Of a stretch of DNA of 39,935 nucleotides, positions 10,940-19,499 are shown one piece after another. Position 1 is the stretch's first letter. The number at the start of each line of letters is the position of its first letter. Source of the DNA: Candidatus Omnitrophota bacterium (GTDB lineage: Bacteria; Omnitrophota; Gorgyraeia; Gygaellales; UBA12090); assembly GCA_023247895.1 (NCBI GenBank), contig JAHFFP010000003.1, forward strand, positions 3,084 to 43,018, in the 5' to 3' direction. The position numbers and the translations under genes were made by a program. The notes beneath the pieces are model-generated. The model was given only the letters and a program-made list of their open reading frames with translations, had not been told where the DNA came from and made no database searches.

Positions 10940-11419
10940 TCATAGAATCTCCTGTTTTGCTTTCTTGATATTTAATAAAGGTATATCCATTACCTGATTT
11001 CCCTGTCGAACAAACACGCATTCCTTCTTTACTTCTTGCACTATCCCTTCTATTTCCCATTTCTTTTTAAGAGGCTCTCGCAGATAAATTCTTACACGCC
11101 TGCCCAAAACCCTCAAGAAATCATTTTCTGCAATGAGGGGGCGATCGACACCGGGAGAAGAAACTTCTAATACATACCTGCCCTCAATAATATTCTCTCT
11201 TTCCAAGAGTTCACTCAAGCCTTTATTAAGCCTACTACACTCCTCGATGCTTATTCCTCCCGTCGGCTTATCGATTAAAAAGCGCACTATAAGAGCTCCT
11301 TTGGTCTTAGAGAAACTCGCCTCGACAAGCTCATAGCCTAAACTATTGATATACTCACCCGTAGCCTGCTCTATTTTATATAAAAACTCGCCCTTGTGCC
11401 TATTTGCCAAATGGTCCAT
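10940..11419 (-). CDS. rimP: ribosome maturation factor RimP
   Basis: 159 aa. Has the LEVSSPGVDRPL motif and lies upstream of nusA-infB, the conserved operon order. Confidence 0.85.
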   Translation of the reverse strand: MDHLANRHKGEFLYKIEQATGEYINSLGYELVEASFSKTKGALIVRFLIDKPTGGISIEECSRLNKGLSELLERENIIEGRYVLEVSSPGVDRPLIAENDFLRVLGRRVRIYLREPLKKKWEIEGIVQEVKKECVFVRQGNQVMDIPLLNIKKAKQEIL

Positions 11420-11433
11420 AATAATAAAGAAAA

Positions 11434-12681
11434 TTACTTGTCAAAAGATTCATTCTTATATCCTGCGTGCGCTTTGAGCCTAGGATAAATCAAGGGAACT
11501 CTCCCCGTCCACTGTAAATCCTCTTCGCAGCTATCGCCTGCTGAAAACACATCCTGCAGACAAAACTCCTCCCTATTATTTTTGTTAAGCTCTGAAATTT
11601 GCACAATTTTACGTAAACCATCAGAACGCCTTACCATGTGTATACTCAGGTCTATTGCGCTGATTATCTGACGCCTGGCTACCATAGCTGAAATATTGGT
11701 ATTTCCCATAAGGGTAAGCAACTCCAGCCTATCCAAGGCCTCTAGTGAAGAATTCGCATGCATTGTTGCCATTGAACCTTCATGCCCTGTAGTCATTGCC
11801 TGAAGCATATCCAGCACTTCATTCGAGCGTACTTCCCCTACGATGATTCGATCCGGGCGCATATGGAGCGCATTCTTTATAAGGTGCCTAATAGTTATTT
11901 CTCCTTTCCCATCAATATTAGAAGGCCTTGTCTCCATATGCACAATGTGCCTGCCCTTAAATTGCAACTCTGCGGTATCTTCAACAATAATCACCCGCTC
12001 ATCAGGCAGGATATAATGCGAAAGTACATCCAACATTGTTGTCTTCCCAACTCCGCAACATCCTGACACAATAATATTAGCCCTTGCTTTCACGCATGCC
12101 GCAAGGAAATCAGCAGCCTGCTGGCTTAAGGCTTTCCTGTGTATTAAATCCTCCATAGTCAAAATGTGAGAAGAAAATTTACGGATAGTTAAAATAGCAC
12201 CCGAGAGCGAAACAGGGTACACCACCACATTAACCCGCGAACCATTCTTAAGCCTGGCATCAATATAGGGCTCTGATTCAGTCACACGCCTGCCTAAGGG
12301 AGAAATGATTTTTTCTATAAAATACGTTAAATGTTCTTCATCCCTAAAAGCAATATTGGTCAATTCTAATTTTCCATTTCTTTCGATGTATACCTGAGAA
12401 TGGCCATTCACCATTATTTCGGTTACCTCAGGGTCATGTAATAGCTTTTCAATAGGCCCCATACCTAAAATATCGGATATTATTTGCGCAAGTATAGTTT
12501 GACGCTCAGGCACAGTTACATAAATATCCCGCTTATTTTTGAAATATGCGCTGAGTATCGCTTCAACCCTTTTCCTCAACAAGGCTTCATTTTTCTGATA
12601 CTGAGCGATGTCTTCCTCATTCATTTGCTCGAGGCAGGCTTTTTTGATATCACTTATCAATTCTAAATATGCTTGCGCCAT
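11434..12681 (-). CDS. CpaF/TadA-family type II/IV secretion-system ATPase (paralog 1)
   Basis: 415 aa. Shows EIMVNG..VYIERNG, Walker A GCCGVGKTT, Asp box IIVEDTAEL, Walker B RIIVGEVR and His box GHEGSMATMHANS. Confidence 0.85.
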   Translation of the reverse strand: MAQAYLELISDIKKACLEQMNEEDIAQYQKNEALLRKRVEAILSAYFKNKRDIYVTVPERQTILAQIISDILGMGPIEKLLHDPEVTEIMVNGHSQVYIERNGKLELTNIAFRDEEHLTYFIEKIISPLGRRVTESEPYIDARLKNGSRVNVVVYPVSLSGAILTIRKFSSHILTMEDLIHRKALSQQAADFLAACVKARANIIVSGCCGVGKTTMLDVLSHYILPDERVIIVEDTAELQFKGRHIVHMETRPSNIDGKGEITIRHLIKNALHMRPDRIIVGEVRSNEVLDMLQAMTTGHEGSMATMHANSSLEALDRLELLTLMGNTNISAMVARRQIISAIDLSIHMVRRSDGLRKIVQISELNKNNREEFCLQDVFSAGDSCEEDLQWTGRVPLIYPRLKAHAGYKNESFDK

Positions 12682-12686
12682 TTTAG

Positions 12687-13928
12687 CTACTCCCTCAATA
12701 CTTTCAGAATCTTTTCAATCGCCTCTTCAACCCTAATGGTGTGCGTAGTTTTATCTCTCCTCTTTTGGAGTTCTATTTCATTTTGGCTTAATTTCTTTGT
12801 ACCTATAATAACCCGTAGAGGGATCCCAATAAGGTCCCCATCCTTAAACTTAACCCCAGAACGTTCATCCCTATCATCCAACAACACCTTTAACCCTAAA
12901 GCGCTTAGCTTTTGATACAAGTCAAAAGCCAATTCTCTTGACTCGTTATGAGTTATATTTAAAGGGACAATGGCGACATCAAATGGAGAAACCTCTCTTG
13001 GCCAAATTATTCCCTGCTCATCATGATGTGTTTCAATGACTGCCGCTATTGCACGGGAAACTCCTATGCCGTAACAACCCATAATAATTGGCTGGCGAAT
13101 TCCCTTTCCATCCGTAAAGAGGGCTGAAAGGGATTTTGAATATTTTATTCCCAGCTTAAAAATATGCCCAATTTCAATCGCCTTTTTCTCCTGCATGCGC
13201 GCATTGCATTTTAAGCACACGTTTCTTGGCGCACTTGAGGCATACCCGCAAACCCCACATACACATACCGTATCCTCACCAGATTCCGCCAATACCAGAA
13301 ATTCATGCGAGCCGCTGCCTCCCATAACCCCCGAGTCCGCTTCAGTGATAACATAATTCAGAGAAAACCGCTCAAATATCTTTATATATGCCTCGTACAT
13401 ACGCTTATAATTACTTTCTAAGCCCTCTTCATTTTCATCAAAGCTGTATGCGTCTTTCATTATAAATTCACAACTTCTGATCAGGCCAAAGCGCGGCCTT
13501 ATTTCATCGCGGAATTTAGTCTGAATCTGGTACAAAATCAAAGGAAGCTGTTTATATGAATTTATATGGTTAGCAACTAAATCAGTAATTACCTCTTCAT
13601 GGGTAGGGCCTAAGCACATCTTTCTGCCGCGCCGGTCAGTGAAACGTATCATAATTTCTTCCATCTGCGTATTTCTGCCTGACCTATCCCACAACTCCTG
13701 CGGCTGCAAACAGGAAAGTAATACCTCTTGCGCGCCAACAGCGTTCATTACTTCGCGGATAATATTCTGGACATTATTTAATACCCGTAACCCCAACGGA
13801 AGATACGTGTAGACCCCTGCAACCAACATCCGCGTAAGGCCGGCTCTGAGCATAAGCTGATGCGCCGCAGACTCGGCTTCTTGCGGAACCTCTTTTAGTG
13901 TAGGAATAAAGCTTTTAGACCAAAACAT
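12687..13928 (-). CDS. proS: proline--tRNA ligase, bacterial type, lacking the INS editing domain
   Basis: 413 aa. Bacterial-type N-terminus (FxPTLKEVPxEAExxxHQLMLRAG), motif 2 (FRDEIRPRFGLIRxxEFxMKDAYSF), motif 3 (GCYGIGVSR) and an anticodon-binding tail. A short CxxC...CxxC segment sits where INS normally lies. Confidence 0.9.
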   Translation of the reverse strand: MFWSKSFIPTLKEVPQEAESAAHQLMLRAGLTRMLVAGVYTYLPLGLRVLNNVQNIIREVMNAVGAQEVLLSCLQPQELWDRSGRNTQMEEIMIRFTDRRGRKMCLGPTHEEVITDLVANHINSYKQLPLILYQIQTKFRDEIRPRFGLIRSCEFIMKDAYSFDENEEGLESNYKRMYEAYIKIFERFSLNYVITEADSGVMGGSGSHEFLVLAESGEDTVCVCGVCGYASSAPRNVCLKCNARMQEKKAIEIGHIFKLGIKYSKSLSALFTDGKGIRQPIIMGCYGIGVSRAIAAVIETHHDEQGIIWPREVSPFDVAIVPLNITHNESRELAFDLYQKLSALGLKVLLDDRDERSGVKFKDGDLIGIPLRVIIGTKKLSQNEIELQKRRDKTTHTIRVEEAIEKILKVLRE

Positions 13929-13956
13929 ATTTATTAAAATTTAGAGAAACTTATTG

Positions 13957-14010
13957 AAATTCATAGAAATTAAGAAAGCATGACGATATTTCTATAAATT
14001 TCTACGAATC
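13957..14010 (-). repeat. AT-rich hairpin of TAGAAAT/TGAAATT units in the CpaF2-proS spacer
   Basis: GAAATTCATAGAAATT (13957..13972) faces AATTTCTACGAATC (13997..14010). Related TTTCTA/TAGAAA units recur across 13940..14030. Confidence 0.5.
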
Positions 14011-14036
14011 TCAACACATTTCAATTTCTATTTTAC

Positions 14037-15299
14037 TTATTTGAATATTTCCTCGTTTAATTCCACACCCATTTTCTTAAAACGATTGAGAAATAACGGA
14101 ACCACTCCATGGTTTTTCCATGCCCCGCGCACTTTCCCATCACTCGCTATACCTTCTATTTCATAAGAAAATAAATCCTGAAGGGTCAAATCATCATTAT
14201 GTAACCCTTTCACTTCGGTGATATGCGTAATCTTTCGCGAACCATCTGCTAATTGTTCCTGCTGTACGATAAGGTTAAGGCTTGAGGCAATCTGACTCCT
14301 GATCGCTAATAAAGATATATTTATCCCTGAAGTTAAAATCATTGTCTCGATACGCGAAACAACGTCATGCGGAGAACTTGCATGCAATACCGCCAATGAG
14401 CCATTATGGCCTGAGCACATCGCCTGCAGCATATCGAGCGCTTCAGAGGAGCGTATTTCGCCTAAGATTATTCTGCCCGGCCTCATTCTCAGGCTATTCC
14501 TGAATAAGTCTCGTATAGTAATTTCACCCTTACCTTCCAAATTACCTGATTTAGCCTCAAGGCTCACCACATGCTCCTGATTTAATCTCAACTCTGCAGT
14601 ATCCTCTATCGTAATAACCCTTTCATCCTGCGCTATATATGAAGATAATATATTTAACGTGGTTGTCTTGCCAGATCCTGTTGCACCGGCAAAAATGATA
14701 TTGAGCTTTGCATTGATACTCGCTATTAAAAAATCAGCCATTTTTTTACTAAGGCTATCACGCCTAACCAAATCATCAATCGTCCCAAATTCTTTTAAGA
14801 ATTTACGGATAGTAACTACCGGCCCAATTAAAGAAAGCGGCGGGATAATAATGTTTACCCGTGAGCCATCCGATAAAGAAACATCGGTAAACGGAGTCGT
14901 TTCATCAACGTGCCTGCGTGTAGGGGAAAGCATCTTTTGAATGATATACAACAAATGCTGGTTATTTTCGAAAGTCACTCCTGAAAGCGTCATTCTGCCA
15001 TTCTTCTCAATGTATACCTTCTTTGGGCCATTTACCATAATCTCAGTAATAGACTTATCCTCAAGTAAAGACTTTAGGGGCCCAAAGCCTAAAAGCTCAT
15101 CAATAAACTCCTCTATAAGTTTTGTGCTATTTGCCTCATCTATCTGAAGGTGCTCTTTATTCTTCAACTCATCAATAATCCTGATAATCGTAGAACGCAG
15201 CTGCTCTTCGCTGACCCTCTCGCCGCTAAAAATGTAGCTATGTTCTTTTAAACGATGCCGGACTTTTTCCTTCATTTCTTTTGACATGCCTTTTCCCAC
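14037..15299 (-). CDS. CpaF/TadA-family type II/IV secretion-system ATPase (paralog 2)
   Basis: 420 aa. Shows EIMVNG..VYIEKNG, Walker A GATGSGKTT, ITIEDTAEL, RIILGEIR and GHNGSLAVLHASS. The start is uncertain (15299, 15287 or 15278); the first choice overlaps the ispG 3' end by 28 nt. Confidence 0.85.
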   Translation of the reverse strand: MGKGMSKEMKEKVRHRLKEHSYIFSGERVSEEQLRSTIIRIIDELKNKEHLQIDEANSTKLIEEFIDELLGFGPLKSLLEDKSITEIMVNGPKKVYIEKNGRMTLSGVTFENNQHLLYIIQKMLSPTRRHVDETTPFTDVSLSDGSRVNIIIPPLSLIGPVVTIRKFLKEFGTIDDLVRRDSLSKKMADFLIASINAKLNIIFAGATGSGKTTTLNILSSYIAQDERVITIEDTAELRLNQEHVVSLEAKSGNLEGKGEITIRDLFRNSLRMRPGRIILGEIRSSEALDMLQAMCSGHNGSLAVLHASSPHDVVSRIETMILTSGINISLLAIRSQIASSLNLIVQQEQLADGSRKITHITEVKGLHNDDLTLQDLFSYEIEGIASDGKVRGAWKNHGVVPLFLNRFKKMGVELNEEIFK

Positions 15300-16354
15300 T
15301 CCTTTATGAGTTCATCCACCGCGCGCGCAATCGGCACTTTCTTAAGCGGCTTCGCGTTCTTATATAATAACCCTTCATTCTTTCCAAAGGCAATCGCCAA
15401 ATCCGCATCTTCTGCCTCACCCGGGCCATTCACTACACACCCCATTACCGCGAGTTTTACGGGTTTTGCTGAAGGCTGAAGGCTGAAGGCTGAAAGCTTA
15501 CTTTGCAGCTCATTAACGATTTTTTCTATATCCACCTCTGTCCTCCCACAGGCAGGACAACTGATAATTTCCGGGCTATCTCCTGCCAAACATAAACTCG
15601 ATAAGATATATTTAGCTACTTTCACCTCTTCCTCAGGCTCATCGGTAAGAGAAACCCGCATCGTATCACCTATTCCCTGCGACAACAAAACCCCTAATGC
15701 AATCGCTGATTTTATCTTTCCCACCTCGGAATATCCCGTAGCAGTAAGCCCTAAATGCAAAGGATAATCGCACTTTTTGGCAATTAACTGATATGCCTCA
15801 AGAGTATCCAACACATTAGAACACTTTAAGGAAACGACAATATCAGTAAAATGCAAGTCCTCTAATATTTTGATATAATCAAGCGCTGCCCGGACCAATT
15901 TTAAAGGCGGCCTTAATTTCGCATTGTATCTAAATATTTTAGGAATCGACCCTGAATTTAATCCCACCCTAAGGGGAATTGCGTACTCTCGAGCAAGGTT
16001 TACAATTTCTTTCACTTCATTCTTCTTATAAATGTTACCGGGATTTAAACGAATCTTATCTGCCCCTGCCTTTATTGCGCACACCGCTAACTTCCAGTTA
16101 AAATGAATATCCGCGACTATGGGTATGCGTATCGCATTCTTAATCTCCCTGATCGCGTGCGCATCCTCCTCGTCCAGGACAGCCACGCGCACTATTGCGC
16201 AGCCGCACTTTTGGAGGCGCTGTATCTGATTAATCACCTCGCGGTAATTTTTAGTGGGGACCTTAGTCATAGACTGTATCGCGACAGGATTCTTTCCCCC
16301 GATGGTTACATTGCCTATTTTTACTTCCTTAGCGATGCGGCGTTTTATAGTCAT
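15272..16354 (-). CDS. ispG: 4-hydroxy-3-methylbut-2-en-1-yl diphosphate synthase
   Basis: Shows VxIGxVxIGGxxPxxIQSMT, RVAVxDxEDA, RINPGN, ISCPxCGR and MGCVVNGPGEA. I place the start at MTIKRR (16354), 8 nt after the rseP stop. The ORF-track start at 16396 would overlap rseP. Confidence 0.9.
   Translation of the reverse strand: MTIKRRIAKEVKIGNVTIGGKNPVAIQSMTKVPTKNYREVINQIQRLQKCGCAIVRVAVLDEEDAHAIREIKNAIRIPIVADIHFNWKLAVCAIKAGADKIRLNPGNIYKKNEVKEIVNLAREYAIPLRVGLNSGSIPKIFRYNAKLRPPLKLVRAALDYIKILEDLHFTDIVVSLKCSNVLDTLEAYQLIAKKCDYPLHLGLTATGYSEVGKIKSAIALGVLLSQGIGDTMRVSLTDEPEEEVKVAKYILSSLCLAGDSPEIISCPACGRTEVDIEKIVNELQSKLSAFSLQPSAKPVKLAVMGCVVNGPGEAEDADLAIAFGKNEGLLYKNAKPLKKVPIARAVDELIKEWEKACQKK
15468..15498 (-). 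repeat. (GCTGAAR)4 heptanucleotide tandem repeat inside the ispG coding sequence
   Basis: GCTGAAG x3 followed by GCTGAAA, read in frame as ..KLSAFSLQPSA... The same unit builds the intergenic hairpins at 1431..1444, 4412..4507 and 35188..35210. Confidence 0.8.
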
Positions 16355-16362
16355 GATACTAC

Positions 16363-17445
16363 TTACCTGCCAAATGTTGCAACTACTTTTTGCCAAAGGC
16401 CAAACTTTACAAAATCATTTAAGAAGACAAATACGGCTACACTCACAATAATGCCAAAAGCCGCCTGATGTATCTTTTCTTCAACTTTCTGGTTTAGGCG
16501 CCTCCCGCGCAAACGCTCAAGGCCCAAAAAGAAAAGATGCCCGCCGTCTAAGATAGGAAACGGCAGGAGGTTAAATATTGCAAGGTTCGCACTCAAGACT
16601 GCTATCAATTTTATGACCTCGCTAAAACCCACGCTCACTGCGCCAGAGGTAACAAAATACATCCCTACAAGCCCCGTCACATTTTCCTTAAATGATATTG
16701 CTCCGGTAAACATTCTTGTCAACGCAGCAATAGTCAGCAGCGTCAAATCCCAAAGGGTTTTCCCTGCCAACGCACACCCTTTTAATATAGTATGCCTCAC
16801 CACCACAACCTCTCCTGACGGAACTACCCCCAAACGCCTGACCTTTTGAGTTATTCCTAGAATATTTTTTATCTCATCCTGGCGCAAATCAACCGTTATC
16901 CTGATTTTCTCATTATTCCTTACAATCTCCAATTCAACCTGCGCAGTCTTCTTGTTATAAATAATTTCCTGTAATTCCTTAAAATACTTCACAGGCTTAG
17001 CGTCTACAGAAGTGATTGTATCACCCGCTAAAATCCCTGCCTTGTGCGCAGGGTATCCCTCTTTGACCGCGCCAATTCTTGTAGTCTCATGGGGATATCC
17101 TATGACATTTACCATCCAAAAACAAAAGAATGCCAGCGCGTAATTTAACGCAGAGCCTGCCACAATAACCAGCGCGCGGTCAATAGGCGCGCGGCTCAAG
17201 AATTCTCTTTTTTCACCTCTTAGCTCAGCTATATTCTCTCCGGCTAATTTTACATAACCGCCTAAAGGAATAAGGCACAGGGCATATTCCGTATCTCCTC
17301 CCTTGTATCCGGCTATCTTTGGCCCGAAGCCTAACGAAAACTTCTCTACTGTGATACCGAGTTTACGGGCAACTATAAAATGTCCGAACTCATGCACAAG
17401 AATCATAATACTCAAAATTATTATAAAAATTAAAAGTGAAAACAT
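16363..17445 (-). CDS. rseP: RIP metalloprotease RseP (site-2 protease, single PDZ)
   Basis: 360 aa. Shows HEFGHFxxAR (HExxH) in TM1, a PDZ segment (AxxAGILAGDxIxSVD) and NLLPxPxLDGGH. Confidence 0.9.
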   Translation of the reverse strand: MFSLLIFIIILSIMILVHEFGHFIVARKLGITVEKFSLGFGPKIAGYKGGDTEYALCLIPLGGYVKLAGENIAELRGEKREFLSRAPIDRALVIVAGSALNYALAFFCFWMVNVIGYPHETTRIGAVKEGYPAHKAGILAGDTITSVDAKPVKYFKELQEIIYNKKTAQVELEIVRNNEKIRITVDLRQDEIKNILGITQKVRRLGVVPSGEVVVVRHTILKGCALAGKTLWDLTLLTIAALTRMFTGAISFKENVTGLVGMYFVTSGAVSVGFSEVIKLIAVLSANLAIFNLLPFPILDGGHLFFLGLERLRGRRLNQKVEEKIHQAAFGIIVSVAVFVFLNDFVKFGLWQKVVATFGR

Positions 17446-17472
17446 TATATCCTATACTTAAAAAGCGGGTCT

Positions 17473-17507
17473 ATGGTCAATGGTCAATGGTCAATGGTCA
17501 ATAGTCA
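17473..17507 (-). repeat. (ATGGTCA)4 plus one degenerate copy, tandem heptamer repeat in the dxr-rseP spacer
   Basis: Four perfect copies, then ATAGTCA. Flanked by GGTCT (17468..17472) and AGACC (17508..17512). Confidence 0.85.
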
Positions 17508-17534
17508 GACCAAATATTCTTTATTAGCTATCGA

Positions 17535-18698
17535 CTACCGACCCATGTTATTCATTAGTCGCCCTGCCTCTTGCCTTGCCCAGGCATCTGATTCTAATAT
17601 CGCGGACAAATCAGGATTTCGAATACCCTTATGCATTGCCATTATTTTTTCTATAACGCGGGGGATAGCTATAAAAGGTATCCGCTTATCTAAAAACGCG
17701 CTTACCGCCTCTTCGTTGGCCGCATTCATCACACAAGGAGCACTCCCCCCATCCTTGGCTGCCTGATACGCAAAATCAAGGCAGGGAAACTTTCGTGTGT
17801 CCGCTTTTTCAAAAGTTAAACTTTTGAGTTTCAAGAAATCCAACCGATAGTTATTATTAACCAATCTACGCGGATAACTCAAGGCGTATTGAATAGGCAG
17901 CGTCATATCCGTAACGCCCAATTGCGCCAATACTACCCCGTCAACAAATTCTACCATAGAATGAATTACCGCCTGTCTATGAATAAGCACCTTAATCTTT
18001 GAAATATCGGTATCAAAAAGCCACCTGGCCTCAATAGCCTCTAATCCCTTATTCATCAGGGTGCTTGAGTCTACGGTAATCTTTTTTCCCATCTTCCAGC
18101 GGGGATGATTCAATATTGCCTTAACTTGCAGGTGCTTAAAATTCTTAAGCGGCACATCATACAACGATCCTCCGGAAGCAGTCAGGTGAATCCGATGAAG
18201 CTCATTTCTGTTATACGCCTCTAAACACTGAAATATCGCCGATTGCTCGCTATCAACAGGAATAAGCCTTGCCTTTGATTCTTTAAGGCGCTCCATAATA
18301 ATAGAGCCTGCCATCACCAAGGCTTCCTTATTTGCCAAGGCAACATGTTTACCTGCCGCTATCGCTGCTAACAGCGGACGGAGGGCAATAGCGCCGCTAA
18401 GAGCAATTACCACGATATCCACATCTTTATCCGAGGCTATTTTGTTTACCCCTTCAATCCCAAGATACGCCTTACAGGGCAGCTTACTTCTGGAAATAAG
18501 CCTTTTACCGGCTGCCTCATCAACCACCGCTACTTTTAGAGGCTTAAACCGCTCTATCTGCGCTTTAAGGCCGGCAATATTATTATGCGCGGTGATTGCT
18601 TCCAAGGCAAATTCATTTCGGTAGCGCTCAATAACTTTTAACGTAGTAGTGCCTATTGAACCCGTTGAACCTAAGATTGCTATACGCTTCATTTCCAA
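17535..18698 (-). CDS. dxr: 1-deoxy-D-xylulose 5-phosphate reductoisomerase
   Basis: 387 aa. Shows GSTGSIGxxTL, LANKExLVxAG, PVDSEQSAIFQCL, NHPxWxMGxKITVDSxTLMNKGLExIEA. Confidence 0.95.
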   Translation of the reverse strand: MEMKRIAILGSTGSIGTTTLKVIERYRNEFALEAITAHNNIAGLKAQIERFKPLKVAVVDEAAGKRLISRSKLPCKAYLGIEGVNKIASDKDVDIVVIALSGAIALRPLLAAIAAGKHVALANKEALVMAGSIIMERLKESKARLIPVDSEQSAIFQCLEAYNRNELHRIHLTASGGSLYDVPLKNFKHLQVKAILNHPRWKMGKKITVDSSTLMNKGLEAIEARWLFDTDISKIKVLIHRQAVIHSMVEFVDGVVLAQLGVTDMTLPIQYALSYPRRLVNNNYRLDFLKLKSLTFEKADTRKFPCLDFAYQAAKDGGSAPCVMNAANEEAVSAFLDKRIPFIAIPRVIEKIMAMHKGIRNPDLSAILESDAWARQEAGRLMNNMGR

Positions 18699-19493
18699 CT
18701 ATTTTAAAATATTGCTCATAAAAAAATAAAACACCGGGGCAGTAAACAGCAGGCTGTCAATCAAATCTAAAACTCCTCCCAGCCCAGGGAAAATGATCCC
18801 TGAATCCTTTACCTTACAATCCCGCTTAATCAACGATTCAGATAAGTCGCCCAATTCGGCCAATATCCCGAGCATTAAACCCAAGAGCGCTAAATGTACA
18901 TACGAAAATCCCAAGAAAATCTTGCTTCCCATAGCCGCCAACACGCTAAATACTAATCCGCCTACTGAGCCCTCGATGCTTTTATTGGGGCTTATCCGCG
19001 GAATTAACTTACGCTTTCCAAAACGGCTGCCAATTAAATATGCCCCAATATCCGAAGATTTGGTAATGAGAAGTATGGCTGCCAAATAGCCCGCGCCGTT
19101 AGGCAGGTAACGAATCTTGACAAGAAAGCTAAAAAACCATGAAACATACAATATTCCAAAGAGCGTGGTAGATATGCCCACGATTGCCTGGGAATTGTCC
19201 TGCCTTCTAAATTGTAAGATAAACAGCGAAAACAAAGCCAAGACAATAAATAAAAGCTCCCAGCCTTTGGTTAATTCAAATTTAAAAAGAATCGAAAGGG
19301 GGATCATGATGCCAATAGCCATCCCGAAATATTTATAGATGTAAATCCCCTTCTTTTCAATCAGGCTAAAGAATTCGTAAAGGCCTCCTATTATTAATGC
19401 CGTCACGCTTAGGGCAAACACAGGCCTGTATATTACTGCCAAGATAATTATGATAAGCCAAAACAGGCTACTTACTAATCGCTGCGTAAGCAT
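18699..19493 (-). CDS. cdsA: phosphatidate cytidylyltransferase
   Basis: 264 aa polytopic membrane protein with the CTP-transferase signature SPNKSxEGSxGG...KRDxxVKDSGxxxPGxGGxLDxxDS. Confidence 0.9.
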   Translation of the reverse strand: MLTQRLVSSLFWLIIIILAVIYRPVFALSVTALIIGGLYEFFSLIEKKGIYIYKYFGMAIGIMIPLSILFKFELTKGWELLFIVLALFSLFILQFRRQDNSQAIVGISTTLFGILYVSWFFSFLVKIRYLPNGAGYLAAILLITKSSDIGAYLIGSRFGKRKLIPRISPNKSIEGSVGGLVFSVLAAMGSKIFLGFSYVHLALLGLMLGILAELGDLSESLIKRDCKVKDSGIIFPGLGGVLDLIDSLLFTAPVFYFFMSNILK

Positions 19494-19499
19494 CGTTTT

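Noticed and set aside
11434-15299. The CpaF-like pair as part of a mobile element, conjugation module or defence module
   Set aside because: The window has no integrase, relaxase, coupling protein, pilin, nuclease or repeat boundary, and the flanking genes are core housekeeping genes in conserved order.
16355-16396. Longer ispG start at 16396 (MAKSSCNIWQVSSI...)
   Set aside because: It would overlap the rseP 3' end by 34 nt and add a non-conserved extension. The MTIKRR start at 16354 matches the usual IspG N-terminus.
17473-17766. 97-aa plus-strand ORF beginning MVNGQWSMVNSQ
   Set aside because: The N-terminus is simply the (ATGGTCA)n microsatellite read in frame, and the rest is antisense to the dxr 3' end.
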